This document shows positions 53,692 to 63,999 of a stretch of 64,000 nt of DNA, in pieces. The translations under genes and the position numbers were made by a program. The DNA is from Candidatus Poseidoniales archaeon (lineage in GTDB: Archaea > Thermoplasmatota > Poseidoniia > Poseidoniales > Poseidoniaceae), in assembly GCA_003602415.1 (NCBI GenBank), contig QQSK01000009.1, positions 3,891 to 67,890 of the forward strand, written 5' to 3'. Under the pieces are notes generated by a model, which was not told the DNA's origin, did no database searches, and was given only the letters and a program-made list of their open reading frames with translations. Within the stretch, counting starts at the first letter, position 1. Every line of letters starts with the position of its first letter.

Positions 53692-54627
53692 GTGAAGAGA
53701 TTTTTAGTAATCATATTACTAATGGCGGCCTTTGCACCTCTGGCTGATGCCCAACTTCCCAGTGATCCAACCTCTGTTGAAATCGGATGGGATAGCGATG
53801 TTGAACCAATGGTTATGGAATTGAATTCGAATTATAATTTCGAATTGGTCATCAAATTCTGGGTGGAAAACTCTAGATTGATTCCAGTAGATATTGAGTT
53901 CGAAGTAGAAACTTTTGAATCATTCATTGTAGATGACCCTGGTAAAGTAACCGTGCCAGCTAATTCTAACGAGACATTTGAATTGGTATTAACTGGAAGC
54001 GGAATCGATAGCGATGGCTTATTGCTTCCATCTACGAATATATTCAAAGTTACACTCAAGGCAAATTTGATGCTGGGTGAACAAAGCACAGGGCAAGAAG
54101 AAATCGAAAAAGAAATCAAATTCTCTCAAGTGTATGGATTTGAAATTGATTTCCAGCCTCTGTTTAACGGAAAAGGACCTGAAGTCAAATCAGGTTCCGA
54201 TAAGAATATCGAAGTCGTGATAAAACTGGCAGGGAATACTAGAGACTCAATATTGAGGACAGACATGTCTTTCAGAGGGTGCCCTCAGATGGATTACAAG
54301 ACCTCTGATCCCATTTTTAGTGGAGGTATTGTTGAATCTCAAGCAACTGGAGAAGTGAACTTGATGGCTCCTTCCAGTCATCCAGATAAGGACTGTAAAT
54401 TCGTTGTTACGATCACTAGTGAAGGTAATGGAAATTCATATTCTGGTGAGTTGGAATTTACCGTTGATGCTCCAGAGGTGAAAGAAGAAGTAGAAGATGA
54501 GGAAGAATCAATCTCTGATTCATCTGGTTTGGAAGTCGAAGATAACTCTCTTCCAGCAATTTCTTCACTTTTGTGCATATTTACGATGATATTTTCTGCA
54601 GTTTTCAGTAGAAAAGGGCTTCAATAA
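53692..54627 (+). CDS. Secreted/surface protein with Ig-like domains and a CTERM-like C-terminal anchor
   Basis: Signal peptide MKRFLVIILLMAAFAPLADA from GTG 53692, acidic linker, then LPAISS-hydrophobic helix-RK. Confidence 0.75.
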   Translation: MKRFLVIILLMAAFAPLADAQLPSDPTSVEIGWDSDVEPMVMELNSNYNFELVIKFWVENSRLIPVDIEFEVETFESFIVDDPGKVTVPANSNETFELVLTGSGIDSDGLLLPSTNIFKVTLKANLMLGEQSTGQEEIEKEIKFSQVYGFEIDFQPLFNGKGPEVKSGSDKNIEVVIKLAGNTRDSILRTDMSFRGCPQMDYKTSDPIFSGGIVESQATGEVNLMAPSSHPDKDCKFVVTITSEGNGNSYSGELEFTVDAPEVKEEVEDEEESISDSSGLEVEDNSLPAISSLLCIFTMIFSAVFSRKGLQ

Positions 54628-54769
54628 AGCCTTCTTTCGGAAATGATACTGAATTATTGTTAATGATATTCCGATATTTTTTTTGAGCAAGCCACGATAA
54701 TCTATATGAGTGGAGTGAAGTTGCGAAAGGTGCTACGTTTGCCCGTAGCCGAATATCAGGTGACTAGAA

Positions 54770-56347
54770 ATGGCAGAAACAGAAACAACTGGTGTCAAGT
54801 TAGAAACTTGGCTACTCGTAGGTTTCCTAGTTGCAATGCTCCTTTCTACTACTGTAATCATAGCAACCTCTGCTAACAAGGATACAGTTTATTCTGCATA
54901 TGTTACCGATGAGGAGACCAATCTTCAATATCAACAAATCTCAACCATGAGAAGTTCTCTTGGTGACGATGGCAAGGATTACGTTGTAGCAAATACAATG
55001 TCAACCCCTATGCTAGTCAATGATTGGAGAGAGCCTCATCGAACAATGTTGATTATCGCTGCCCCTGAGAAGCCATTCGATAATGCAGAAGCTGATGCTA
55101 TACATGAGTTCGTCACCGAGAAAGGTGGAAAGGTAATCATTGCTGCAAACTCAACAAATGCTCAAACTGTTGCTGACAAATTCGATGTCAAATTCTTCGA
55201 TGCTCCAGTAGTAGATCCTAATCGCTTCTACGAGGTTGCTTCACCGACTGGTGAAGCAGAGCAACCGGATGCTCGAAAACTTTGGGCAGTTGCTGGCGTT
55301 AACAAGGTCTGGGATGACCAATTCGAGCGAAGGCCATACTGCAGCGATTCTGCATTGCAAGATAGTGAAAGATACGACGATTGTGCATTACCTATTCTAT
55401 TCCACAGGCCTACTGCTATTCAGGTATTAGATAATGAAGACACTTCAAGAAACGTGAAGGTTCTAGCACATGCATCTGGTTCTGCATTCATTGCTCGTGA
55501 GAACATGGATGCTAATGACCCAGATAATCCAATTCTTGGTGGTAACAATACTGGATTGATTGTTCGAATGGATTATCCAGGTATTGAGACAATTGACCAG
55601 GTAAAGGGTATTCGTGAAGGTGAAGTAGATGTCACGGGTAGTATTGTATTCATCTCAGACCATTCAGTATTTGCAAACCATCTTTGGGACATCGCTGATG
55701 CTGAGGTAACCGGAAAGCAACAGTGTGACACACCATACTATGGTGAGCGTTCATGCTGGGATTCCTTACTATCTTCTACCGATGGTAGTGGAACCGATTG
55801 GAACGGAAATGAAGATTATTTCGTAACTCTAATCAGAGATATGATGGAGCATGAAAATGACGAAATTTCAACAGTTATTACTAGCGAGAACAGAAATTTC
55901 TACATCGTTTTCGATGAATCTCGCCACGTAACCTCCGCAATGTCTTCTCCATTCACAGAAGCTATGGGTGCAATAGTTATGCTAACTAGTGATACCTTGC
56001 TAAAGTGGTTGATTATCCTCAATTTGATGGCATTGTTATCTATCGCTATCATGGTTGTCCCAGAAAAAGAAAACTGGCGCCACGTCTTCGATTTAACTCG
56101 ATTTAGAGAGCGACCAAACAAAGTCGATCCTAATCAATATCTTCAACGCGTACGAGAGTCAATGATGGCTAAAGTACGACAGTTTAACGACCTGACCCGT
56201 GATGAAATGGCCAGGAAAACACCAGGCGAGATCCAGTCCTTAGTGAAGGACCCTCGTCTCATCGAGTTGTTGTATTCACAACAGCGTTCATATTCCAACG
56301 AAGAATTAAGGCAATTATTGCAACAAATTCGACGTTGGGGAAAGTAA
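54770..56347 (+). CDS. DUF4350-like membrane-anchored protein
   Basis: N-terminal TM, MLIIAAPEKPFDNAEADAIHEFVTEKGGKVIIAA, ISDHSVFAN, FDESRH, a second TM, and position upstream of moxR. Confidence 0.75.
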   Translation: MAETETTGVKLETWLLVGFLVAMLLSTTVIIATSANKDTVYSAYVTDEETNLQYQQISTMRSSLGDDGKDYVVANTMSTPMLVNDWREPHRTMLIIAAPEKPFDNAEADAIHEFVTEKGGKVIIAANSTNAQTVADKFDVKFFDAPVVDPNRFYEVASPTGEAEQPDARKLWAVAGVNKVWDDQFERRPYCSDSALQDSERYDDCALPILFHRPTAIQVLDNEDTSRNVKVLAHASGSAFIARENMDANDPDNPILGGNNTGLIVRMDYPGIETIDQVKGIREGEVDVTGSIVFISDHSVFANHLWDIADAEVTGKQQCDTPYYGERSCWDSLLSSTDGSGTDWNGNEDYFVTLIRDMMEHENDEISTVITSENRNFYIVFDESRHVTSAMSSPFTEAMGAIVMLTSDTLLKWLIILNLMALLSIAIMVVPEKENWRHVFDLTRFRERPNKVDPNQYLQRVRESMMAKVRQFNDLTRDEMARKTPGEIQSLVKDPRLIELLYSQQRSYSNEELRQLLQQIRRWGK

Positions 56348-56367
56348 CCTAAGGAGGTAAAAAAGAC

Positions 56368-57546
56368 ATGCAGCCAGCACCACCACCACCCGCAGCCCCC
56401 CCTGCGCCGGCACCACCTGCACCAGCAGCACCGCCAGCACCGGCACCGGCCCCAGCAGCGCCACCAGCGCCTGCTCCAGCAGCACCACAGGCACCTATGC
56501 CAGTAGCTGCACCGGCCCCAGCCCCTGCAGCACCTGCACCAGCAGCACCAGCACCGGCACAGGCACAGCCTAGACACCAGAGTAGCCCAGAGGTCCGAGA
56601 ACGCCTACAAGCAGTCGGAGCTATATCGCAAGCGATTAGCGCCGAAGTTCAAAAGGTAATTATTGGAAAGAGCCACGTTATTGACAATGTACTGATCAAT
56701 ATTCTATCGAACGGAAACCTTCTGTTCGAAGATTATCCAGGACTTGCTAAGACATTGATGACCAACACCTTCGCAGATGCGTTGGGTTGTGATTTCAAGC
56801 GTGTTCAGTTCACTCCGGATTTGCTACCTGCAGATATTACCGGTACCAACATCTATGATGCTAAGAAGGGAGAATTCACCTTCAAGCCAGGTCCACTATT
56901 TTGTAACCTGCTACTAGCTGACGAGATTAACCGTGCTCCTCCTAAGACCCAAGCTGCTTTGCTTGAGGCTATGCAGGAGAAGCAGGTGACTATCGGAACA
57001 GTCACTCACAAACTACCAGCACCGTTCATTGTTATGGCAACTCAGAACCCTGTTGAGCAAGAAGGAACATACCCTCTGCCTGAAGCGCAGTTGGACCGTT
57101 TCATGTTCAAGATGAGCGTTGGTTATCCAGACCGTGCGGATGAAGATGAAATCCTAGCACGTCGTATCAACCGTGGAAAGGATGCAGTCGATGTCGACGT
57201 CATCACTGACCCACAACGTGTTATCGCTATGCAACAAGCTTGTGAAGACATCTATGTCGACCCTGCTTTGAGAATGTACATGGTAGAAATTGTTACCAGA
57301 ACCCGTGAAGACCCACGTGTATTAGTCGGTTCTTCTCCTCGTGGTTCTCAGGCTCTATTGAAGACTTCACGTGCAGCAGCAGCTCTACGTGGCCGTGACT
57401 TCGTAACACCTGATGACATCAAGACAGTATCGGAATTAGCACTTGCTCACAGAATTATTCTAAAGCCAGAACACCAAATCAAAGGTTTGGAATCTGGAGA
57501 AGTAATTCAAGCAATTTTGCGAGAAGTTCCAGTACCTACCGTCTGA
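56368..57546 (+). CDS. moxR: MoxR-family AAA+ ATPase with a Pro/Ala-rich N-terminal extension
   Basis: [72 protein letters not shown] and SPRGS. SD GGAGGT at 56353-58. Confidence 0.95.
   Translation: MQPAPPPPAAPPAPAPPAPAAPPAPAPAPAAPPAPAPAAPQAPMPVAAPAPAPAAPAPAAPAPAQAQPRHQSSPEVRERLQAVGAISQAISAEVQKVIIGKSHVIDNVLINILSNGNLLFEDYPGLAKTLMTNTFADALGCDFKRVQFTPDLLPADITGTNIYDAKKGEFTFKPGPLFCNLLLADEINRAPPKTQAALLEAMQEKQVTIGTVTHKLPAPFIVMATQNPVEQEGTYPLPEAQLDRFMFKMSVGYPDRADEDEILARRINRGKDAVDVDVITDPQRVIAMQQACEDIYVDPALRMYMVEIVTRTREDPRVLVGSSPRGSQALLKTSRAAAALRGRDFVTPDDIKTVSELALAHRIILKPEHQIKGLESGEVIQAILREVPVPTV
56371..56571 (+). repeat. GC-rich low-complexity coding repeat (PAPAAP units)
   Basis: Runs of ccagcaccg/gcacca encoding about 66 Pro/Ala-rich residues. 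Confidence 0.9.
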
Positions 57547-57581
57547 TCGTTTCTTCAAGAAATTAGAATGAGGTGCGTAGC

Positions 57582-58895
57582 ATGTGGAGTCGTAAGAGTG
57601 CAATGTTAGGGTCGTTAGCGGTAGCTATGTACTTGCTAGGACTAACATTGAGGAATTCGCAACTAGTTACTATTGCTGTAGTGATTTTCGTCTTCCTAAC
57701 TTGGGCAGCGTTATTCGGCGGTCATGCTGATGTTGCTGCTAGCGGCCGACGTGCAGAGGAGTGGGCAGGAGAGGAAGGAGTATCTCTTTCCAACGTGTCT
57801 GCTATGCGTAAATTATCTAGTGCTCGAATTTTCGAAGACGGAGAAGTCTCTGTAACGCTCAGGATGCAGAATCATTCTGCCTTAGGAAAGATTCTGGAAG
57901 TTAAGGATAGAGTTCCTGAAGTAATGCGCATCAAAGATGGTGCGAACTACATACTAATGGAACTTGGACCTCGTCGTGAAACCTTCATCGAATACACTGT
58001 TGAATGCCCTCTTAGAGGATTTTACAGTCTTGGACCGGTCGCTGTTCGTGTCCAAGACCCATTCGGACTATTCCACAAGGAAAAGGAACTGCATGTCTAC
58101 AATGATTTCCTTGTGTTCCCGAAGATGGAAGATCTGAAAGATACATTCGTCAAGTCTCGTGTTCCGAAGATTTTCACTGGAGCAGTCAACATCCGTCAAC
58201 CAGGACCCGGTTCTGAATTCTACTCTCTTCGTGAGTACTTCGAAGGAGATTCATTCAGGGCAATTAACTGGTCAGCTTATGCTAGAAGTGGTAAGCTGAT
58301 GGTTAACGAGCGTGAAAGAGATGCGGTCAGCGATATTATTCTGATTGTTGATTCTCGGGCTGTCTCCGAAACAGGACCTGTTTCTAGAAACGCTTTGGTT
58401 TATTCAACCAGAGCGGCTGCAAGCCTTGCAAAGTATTTCCTTGGTCGCCGTGACTCTGTAGGATTAATCACATATGGTGATGAAGTGGTAAGTGTTGACC
58501 GAGATACTGGTAAAAAGCAACTGTATGTCATTCTGACTAAGTTGGCGGGCGCTATGGCTCGTGGCAACGTCCCTCTACAGGTTGTTGTCAACAGAATCTT
58601 GCCTCACATAAACAAAGGAAGTCCAATTATTGTACTTTCAAACCTTGAGGACGACCCTACTATTGTAACCGCTTTACGAGACTTCAGAGCTAGAGATTTC
58701 GATGTGACAGTATTGTCACCTTCTAGCCTTGAATTCGAATTTGATGCAAAGAGACTCGACAGAACTGGATATGAAGTTCTCAAGACCGAAAGGGACGTCT
58801 TAATCAGCGAGTTGCGTGGACTGGGTGTCAACATTATGGATTGGGAACCAGATATGCTACTATCAACCGCACTAGCAGGTGCAAGAGGATTCTAA
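57582..58895 (+). CDS. DUF58 (vWA-like) protein of a MoxR cluster
   Basis: CPLRGFYSLGP, VFPK, GSEFYSLREY..GD..INWSAYARSGKLMVNE and vWA-like IVDS. SD GAGGTG precedes ATG 57582. Confidence 0.9.
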   Translation: MWSRKSAMLGSLAVAMYLLGLTLRNSQLVTIAVVIFVFLTWAALFGGHADVAASGRRAEEWAGEEGVSLSNVSAMRKLSSARIFEDGEVSVTLRMQNHSALGKILEVKDRVPEVMRIKDGANYILMELGPRRETFIEYTVECPLRGFYSLGPVAVRVQDPFGLFHKEKELHVYNDFLVFPKMEDLKDTFVKSRVPKIFTGAVNIRQPGPGSEFYSLREYFEGDSFRAINWSAYARSGKLMVNERERDAVSDIILIVDSRAVSETGPVSRNALVYSTRAAASLAKYFLGRRDSVGLITYGDEVVSVDRDTGKKQLYVILTKLAGAMARGNVPLQVVVNRILPHINKGSPIIVLSNLEDDPTIVTALRDFRARDFDVTVLSPSSLEFEFDAKRLDRTGYEVLKTERDVLISELRGLGVNIMDWEPDMLLSTALAGARGF

Positions 58896-58907
58896 GGAGG
58901 TTAAATT

Positions 58908-59822
58908 ATGGCAACAAAATCAGGCGACACTGCTCACTTGTATGATGGTAAGACCGTAAGGTCATCAGCCCCCTCAAGAAAAAAGTTAGCAGGTCAGGCT
59001 TCAGCAACAGGTGAGATCCCTAAAGATGCAATTCCAACCGTTGAAATTCCTACATTTATCGAGAGTTTGCTCGGTGGACCACTGGTCCCTAAGATGAAGT
59101 TCCTTCCAGCAGATAAGATGGTTCAGAATTTACAATTGGGATGTTATGGAGTTCTTATCGCTCTAGGAATTCTTACCTACATCGTAACTCCTGCAGTAGG
59201 GACTCTATGGTTCGCATTGACTGGTTCTATGGCAATTGCAAACGTTCTGCAATTGATGGTCGTAGCAGGTGCAATCGGTACTGGATTCTGGGGTACAATG
59301 ACTCGTGATGCTAGATTTATGCTGGCTTCTTATATCCTGTTCATCCTTTCAGTAATGCGCTTCGCATCCTCAAAGGTTTCACTTTCTCAAGATTTGTTCG
59401 GATTTGGCGATAGTCAATTCTTGCTAACAATTTTGGTCGTCATCTATGCAGTTCTTCTGGTAATGTACTTTGAATTATCAAACGGTGTTTTGAGATTCAG
59501 TATGCTTGATACTTCAATCAGGACACGAGAAGTGTATGTGATGAATGTCAAGAAAATTATTGGTAAGTATCACCGTTCATTGGTAATAAACCCACTAATT
59601 GCAGGTACACTTGCAATGATTGTATTGTCAGTAAATACAATTCTTCCAGCCTTTGTATCATTGTTCTCAGAACAAATGGCTCTCAGAATGGAAGAATCAG
59701 TAGAATTGATTTCGGTATATGGTGTTGCTCTTGGAACACTATTCGTATTCATTGTAGTAGGCGGATTGTTCGCCCTTGATCTTCCGACTCATTTGCAGTC
59801 TTGGAGAGAAAACAAGGAATGA
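58908..59822 (+). CDS. Polytopic membrane protein of the MoxR cluster
   Basis: About six TM segments, SD GGAGGT at 58896-58901, co-oriented with moxR. Confidence 0.75.
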   Translation: MATKSGDTAHLYDGKTVRSSAPSRKKLAGQASATGEIPKDAIPTVEIPTFIESLLGGPLVPKMKFLPADKMVQNLQLGCYGVLIALGILTYIVTPAVGTLWFALTGSMAIANVLQLMVVAGAIGTGFWGTMTRDARFMLASYILFILSVMRFASSKVSLSQDLFGFGDSQFLLTILVVIYAVLLVMYFELSNGVLRFSMLDTSIRTREVYVMNVKKIIGKYHRSLVINPLIAGTLAMIVLSVNTILPAFVSLFSEQMALRMEESVELISVYGVALGTLFVFIVVGGLFALDLPTHLQSWRENKE

Positions 59823-61033
59823 TACAACTCTAGTATTGTACTAGATAAGTTGTCAGAATTTATTATTATTCTAGTTCCGTATTGATTCTTTGAAACCAAT
59901 TCGTGTTCTATAGGAATTGTACATCTACCGATTATTGAGATGATCGCAGTTCTAAAATCAACCTTTCCAGAAACATATTTTTCTAACTGGTTAAATTCAT
60001 GAATTGGTATAATCAATTTCATTCCTTCAGGAGTAGAATTCATCAACCAAGGTACGATATCCAACTGCTCAATTTTGGCTAGTAATTCACTGTCCAGTGG
60101 TTTGTTTTCAGTGATTACTGCAACACCTGGATGACAACCGATTGCAATCGTTTCATCAGTGTCAATATCTGGACCAATAATGGTAGGGGTGCTGGAAAAG
60201 GGCTTGTTGAAATTTCGAATTTCAGCAGGGATGCCTTCTTCAATTAGTGGAAGAACAGTTGCTGGATGAATTACAGGAGTGCCGTGCATAGATAATTCTG
60301 CAGCTTGTCCATATCCCAAATATGGAATTGCAGGCGTCTCAATCCCCCATCTTGGATTTAGTCTCTTAATTCCATCAACATCTTTCCAAAGAATCAATTT
60401 ATTCGCGTTAGTCAATTTTGCAAATGCTGCAGCAGAATGGTCGGAACCACCCCTAGATAATAGAGCAATATCTCCATCTTCACCTTCACCAAACCATCCA
60501 GTGAGTATTGGTATACCAACCAATTTTTCACGGTCCAATTTTTCAGATGATGCCGATATGTCAATTTCCTTTGCACGGCCTTTGCCTTTGAGTCTTAATC
60601 CGATGTCTTCTGCTCCAACAGGATGGGCATTTTTCAATCCAAAACTTCGCAGTCTGTGGGCAACTGCAAGTGCGCTAAGTCTCTCACCTGCTGCTAAAAT
60701 TAGATTTTCAGAGCGCAATGATACTTCTCCACTTGATAGATTCAGTAGTTGATTTGAAATTCCAGATATTACTTTGTTGAAAAGAGGTCCAAATTCTCCG
60801 GTATCTAAACCAGGAGCAAATCGTAGATGCTGATAGATCAAATCTTGGACTAATCTTCCTGCATATCTTGGCTCTCGAGAAGCCCTAATCAGCCTATCAG
60901 TCATTCCCCAAAGAGCAGATACAACGATAATGGGCTTTCCACTACTATTGCTAATTATTTCTCCAATTCGGTCGATGTCTTCGCCATCCCTAAGGCAAGA
61001 GCCTCCAAATTTATGGACGATTATTTCATCCAT
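59789..61033 (-). CDS. lysC: Aspartate kinase
   Basis: HKFGGSCL, VVSA, LAAGERLSA, LSRGGSDHSAA, WKDVDGI and VIHP. ATG 61033 follows a GGAGGT-like SD. Confidence 0.85.
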   Translation of the reverse strand: MDEIIVHKFGGSCLRDGEDIDRIGEIISNSSGKPIIVVSALWGMTDRLIRASREPRYAGRLVQDLIYQHLRFAPGLDTGEFGPLFNKVISGISNQLLNLSSGEVSLRSENLILAAGERLSALAVAHRLRSFGLKNAHPVGAEDIGLRLKGKGRAKEIDISASSEKLDREKLVGIPILTGWFGEGEDGDIALLSRGGSDHSAAAFAKLTNANKLILWKDVDGIKRLNPRWGIETPAIPYLGYGQAAELSMHGTPVIHPATVLPLIEEGIPAEIRNFNKPFSSTPTIIGPDIDTDETIAIGCHPGVAVITENKPLDSELLAKIEQLDIVPWLMNSTPEGMKLIIPIHEFNQLEKYVSGKVDFRTAIISIIGRCTIPIEHELVSKNQYGTRIIINSDNLSSTILELYHSLFSLQDCK

Positions 61034-62009
61034 CGATGTAACCTCCCTGAATACCAAGGTCTGCGATTACCAATCTTGCAACTGCTTCTACAACCGGTCT
61101 GGCTCTTGGTGCGATAACTGGGTCATGCCTTCCTTTGATGGCTAATTCTTCCATCATTCCTGTGACTTGATTGAAAGTCTCTTGAGGTAGTGAAATTCCA
61201 CTTGGAGGCTTGAATGTAATTCGGACATGTATTGGGGCGCCGCTAGCCATTCCACCTAATGCCCCATCGGCTCCTTCTGAAAGCGACATATCTTCTTGCC
61301 ACTTGTCGTTATGCTCACTTCCTCTCATATTTCCAGCACCAACCCCTCTGCCAAATTCTACTGCTCTGGCAGCAGGAATTGCCATCAATGCTCTAGCTAA
61401 TGCGGGTTCTATGCCATCAAACCATGGCTCACCTAAGCCTACAGGTAGTCCAGAAATGATTAGGTCTACTCTACTGCCGAGCGAATCTCCAGCCTTACGT
61501 GCTTGTTCTGCTAGAGCAATTCCTTCATCACCTTCAAGTCCCCCTAATGCTCCAACGGTTGCCTCAATTTTCCATTCATCAGGAATTATCTTCCTTGAAA
61601 GCGAGGATGCAGCAACTAAGCCAGCAGTTAGCCTTGCTGAGAATGAACCTCCTCCTCGTAAATCTGCGGCACCCTCTGTTTTCACATTTATTGGATGGTC
61701 CACATGACCAGGTCTAGGCTGATATGGTAGGAATGAATAGTCCTTTGAGCGTACATCTTTGTTCCGAATTAGAAGAAGAATAGGCATGCCTGTAGTCTTG
61801 TTATTATGCACTCCTGACATGATTTCTACTTCATCGGTTTCCTTTCTTTTACTGGCAAGACCTGAACCGGGTCTTCGAGAAACCATATCTTCTATCAATT
61901 GGTCGAGATCCAAATCAATATTTGCTGGCATTCCTTCAATTAATGCGCCAACTGCGAGGCCATGAGACTCTCCAAAGAGAGTTACAACGATGTTCTCCCC
62001 TAGACTCAT
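61026..62009 (-). CDS. aroC: Chorismate synthase
   Basis: FGESHG, RPGHVD, GGGSFSARLTA, RGSEHND, GGMASG, FKP and GRHDP. Start is probably ATG 62009. Confidence 0.9.
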   Translation of the reverse strand: MSLGENIVVTLFGESHGLAVGALIEGMPANIDLDLDQLIEDMVSRRPGSGLASKRKETDEVEIMSGVHNNKTTGMPILLLIRNKDVRSKDYSFLPYQPRPGHVDHPINVKTEGAADLRGGGSFSARLTAGLVAASSLSRKIIPDEWKIEATVGALGGLEGDEGIALAEQARKAGDSLGSRVDLIISGLPVGLGEPWFDGIEPALARALMAIPAARAVEFGRGVGAGNMRGSEHNDKWQEDMSLSEGADGALGGMASGAPIHVRITFKPPSGISLPQETFNQVTGMMEELAIKGRHDPVIAPRARPVVEAVARLVIADLGIQGGYIDG

Positions 62010-62058
62010 ACGCATGAGTATCAGTCCATTGAACAGGCTTTCATTCAAGAATGTGTGG

Positions 62059-62940
62059 TTATTCCTCTCCCGAGGAAAAGTCGGCATTGATTACTGATGT
62101 CTCAATAATTTCCATGTCGTCGAATTTCTCATACCATCTGATTAATCGCTCAATTGTAGGGGTGCTAATCGCTGGTGCAAATATCACAATTGCAGTCCCA
62201 GAACCACTTATTCCCGCGGCTCTAGCACCGTTGACAAAGGCATCATTGGTCAATCTTCTACCACTTTGATCGTTCAATGCACCAACCACTCCTCTACCGT
62301 TCCAGGTAAGAGCAACCAAATCCTTGCCGTCCTGTAGAGCGGTAAGAGCTTGTGAAAATGCTTGTTGATGGAATGTGAAATCTTCCAAGGCAGGTCTTTC
62401 ATCACGGTCACCACGCAATAAAATCAAAACTTTCCAATCCTCACTTTTTGGCCCTTCAGATTCTAGAAGAAGGCCTTGCCTTGCACTTTCAGCATTAGTA
62501 TCAACTAACTTCCAACCACCTTCAATAGCAGCCCATGAATCATCAAAACTTCCTGTTATGGATACTCCTGCTGCTAATTGTGCAGCAGCAGCAATATCGA
62601 CGATATCTGCATTATCTAATGTCGAATCAGTAGCATCACACAACGCCCTAATCGCTGCCACTGAAATAGCAGAACTAGATTTTAATCCCTGCCTTGGAGG
62701 GATTTCAGATTTAATCGACCAGAAAATTTCGTCTGTAGGTAATTTCAGTCCTGCATTTTTCCATGCGATTACAATTTGTTCGAGTAGTCCGTCTGGGTCT
62801 TCAACATCCCTTCTGGATTTTTTATCTAAGATTCTGACCTTGACTGGTAAGTCTAGAGCAAGTGATGCCCCATAACCAAGTCCGGCTGCATGAAGTAGGC
62901 TACATCCTCCATTAGCAGTCCCGGTTCCTAGTACCGCCAT
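62059..62940 (-). CDS. aroK: Archaeal (GHMP-family) shikimate kinase
   Basis: GHMP motif SEIPPRQGLKSSSA, ITGSFDD and GISGSG, in an aro gene context. Confidence 0.88.
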   Translation of the reverse strand: MAVLGTGTANGGCSLLHAAGLGYGASLALDLPVKVRILDKKSRRDVEDPDGLLEQIVIAWKNAGLKLPTDEIFWSIKSEIPPRQGLKSSSAISVAAIRALCDATDSTLDNADIVDIAAAAQLAAGVSITGSFDDSWAAIEGGWKLVDTNAESARQGLLLESEGPKSEDWKVLILLRGDRDERPALEDFTFHQQAFSQALTALQDGKDLVALTWNGRGVVGALNDQSGRRLTNDAFVNGARAAGISGSGTAIVIFAPAISTPTIERLIRWYEKFDDMEIIETSVINADFSSGEE

Positions 62941-62948
62941 TTTTTCAC

Positions 62949-63923
62949 CTATTTTTCGGTTACTTCAGCGCTTATTGGTTGCCCAACATGCCTTCCTCCG
63001 CCACCGCTCCATCCTAGTAACTTAGTTCCAATCTTCAAATTGGTTATTGAAACAAGTCCGCGAGTAGTGGTGATGAGTCTTACCGTCTCCGCTTGTTGAA
63101 GAAATGTACCTGATTCATTATTCTTTTCATCTTTCCATTTGAATAAAATAAATGGCCGTTTCTCAATTTTAACTCTACCAACAGTTACAGAACGAGATGA
63201 AGACTCTTGGTCAACGACCATTACTTCATCTCCCATTTTCAATTCAGACAGGTATGATGTACTTCCATCAGCCATCAAAACATACGAATGAACAGCACCG
63301 GCATTTACCCTAAATGGCCTTGTAGGTACAAATTCAGATTCTACGGTTTCACCATGAACCAATACCAGTGAATTAGAACTTGAACCTACTAACATCCCTT
63401 CTCCTTCGTTTAGTAGATCGATCAAATCAACACAAATTCTGTCGCCAACTCCTCCTTCTTTGATTTCAATAACTTCCAATTCTGAAAGGGATATGTCTTC
63501 ACTATCACTAGGCATCTCACCATCTTTTGTGCGCTCACCTCGTTGTGATTTTGCGATTAATGCTGTAGACAAAATATCTGGAGTTACCAGTAGCGCATCG
63601 ACTCCAATTTGTAGAGCAAATGCAGCGCCTAGGACTTGTTCGGCTGAAGAAATGCGAGCGGCCACTTTTGTTGGACCTCCATCGCATGCTGCGATTATAT
63701 TCTCAATTGGAATCATCTTCCATTCACCTAAATCAAGGAGAATCCATTCAATGCTTCCCGCCATAGAACGGGCTTTAGCTTGTCCATCTGAATTACTGAC
63801 ATCAACTCTTCTTCCAACCTGCTTATCATCGATGTAAATGGCATCTCCATCAATTTGCAAATCTTCTCCATTTACCAAATCGACACCAGAGGTTCTTTCT
63901 CCAGAATCTAACCAAATCTGCAT
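62949..63923 (-). CDS. aroB': 3-dehydroquinate synthase II (archaeal, oxidative-deaminating)
   Basis: WKMIPIENIIA, GDRICVD, GEGMLVGS, RPFRVNAGAVHSY, YLSELKMG, VGRVKIEKRP, LQQAET and GRH. Start is probably ATG 63923. Confidence 0.92.
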   Translation of the reverse strand: MQIWLDSGERTSGVDLVNGEDLQIDGDAIYIDDKQVGRRVDVSNSDGQAKARSMAGSIEWILLDLGEWKMIPIENIIAACDGGPTKVAARISSAEQVLGAAFALQIGVDALLVTPDILSTALIAKSQRGERTKDGEMPSDSEDISLSELEVIEIKEGGVGDRICVDLIDLLNEGEGMLVGSSSNSLVLVHGETVESEFVPTRPFRVNAGAVHSYVLMADGSTSYLSELKMGDEVMVVDQESSSRSVTVGRVKIEKRPFILFKWKDEKNNESGTFLQQAETVRLITTTRGLVSITNLKIGTKLLGWSGGGGRHVGQPISAEVTEK

Positions 63924-63927
63924 AAAA

Positions 63928-63999
63928 TCACAGCCCGGAATCACTCATAGCGGTTTTTACATCGGCTCCTTGGTGAATAATCATCTTCAATGCAGTCAC
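63928..63999 (-). CDS. C-terminal fragment of a probable ADH synthase (aroA', class I aldolase family); continues beyond the right edge
   Basis: The frame reads VTALKMIIHQGADVKTAMSDSGL*. This resembles the IVH..ADVEEA C-terminus of archaeal ADH synthases, and it lies directly upstream of DHQ synthase II. Confidence 0.55.
   Translation of the reverse strand: MTALKMIIHQGADVKTAMSDSGL

Noticed and set aside
56143-56577. Cys/Trp/Arg-rich antisense ORF that looks like a metallothionein or toxin
   Set aside because: It is the reverse complement of the Pro/Ala codon repeat of moxR (cca/gca read as tgg/tgc).
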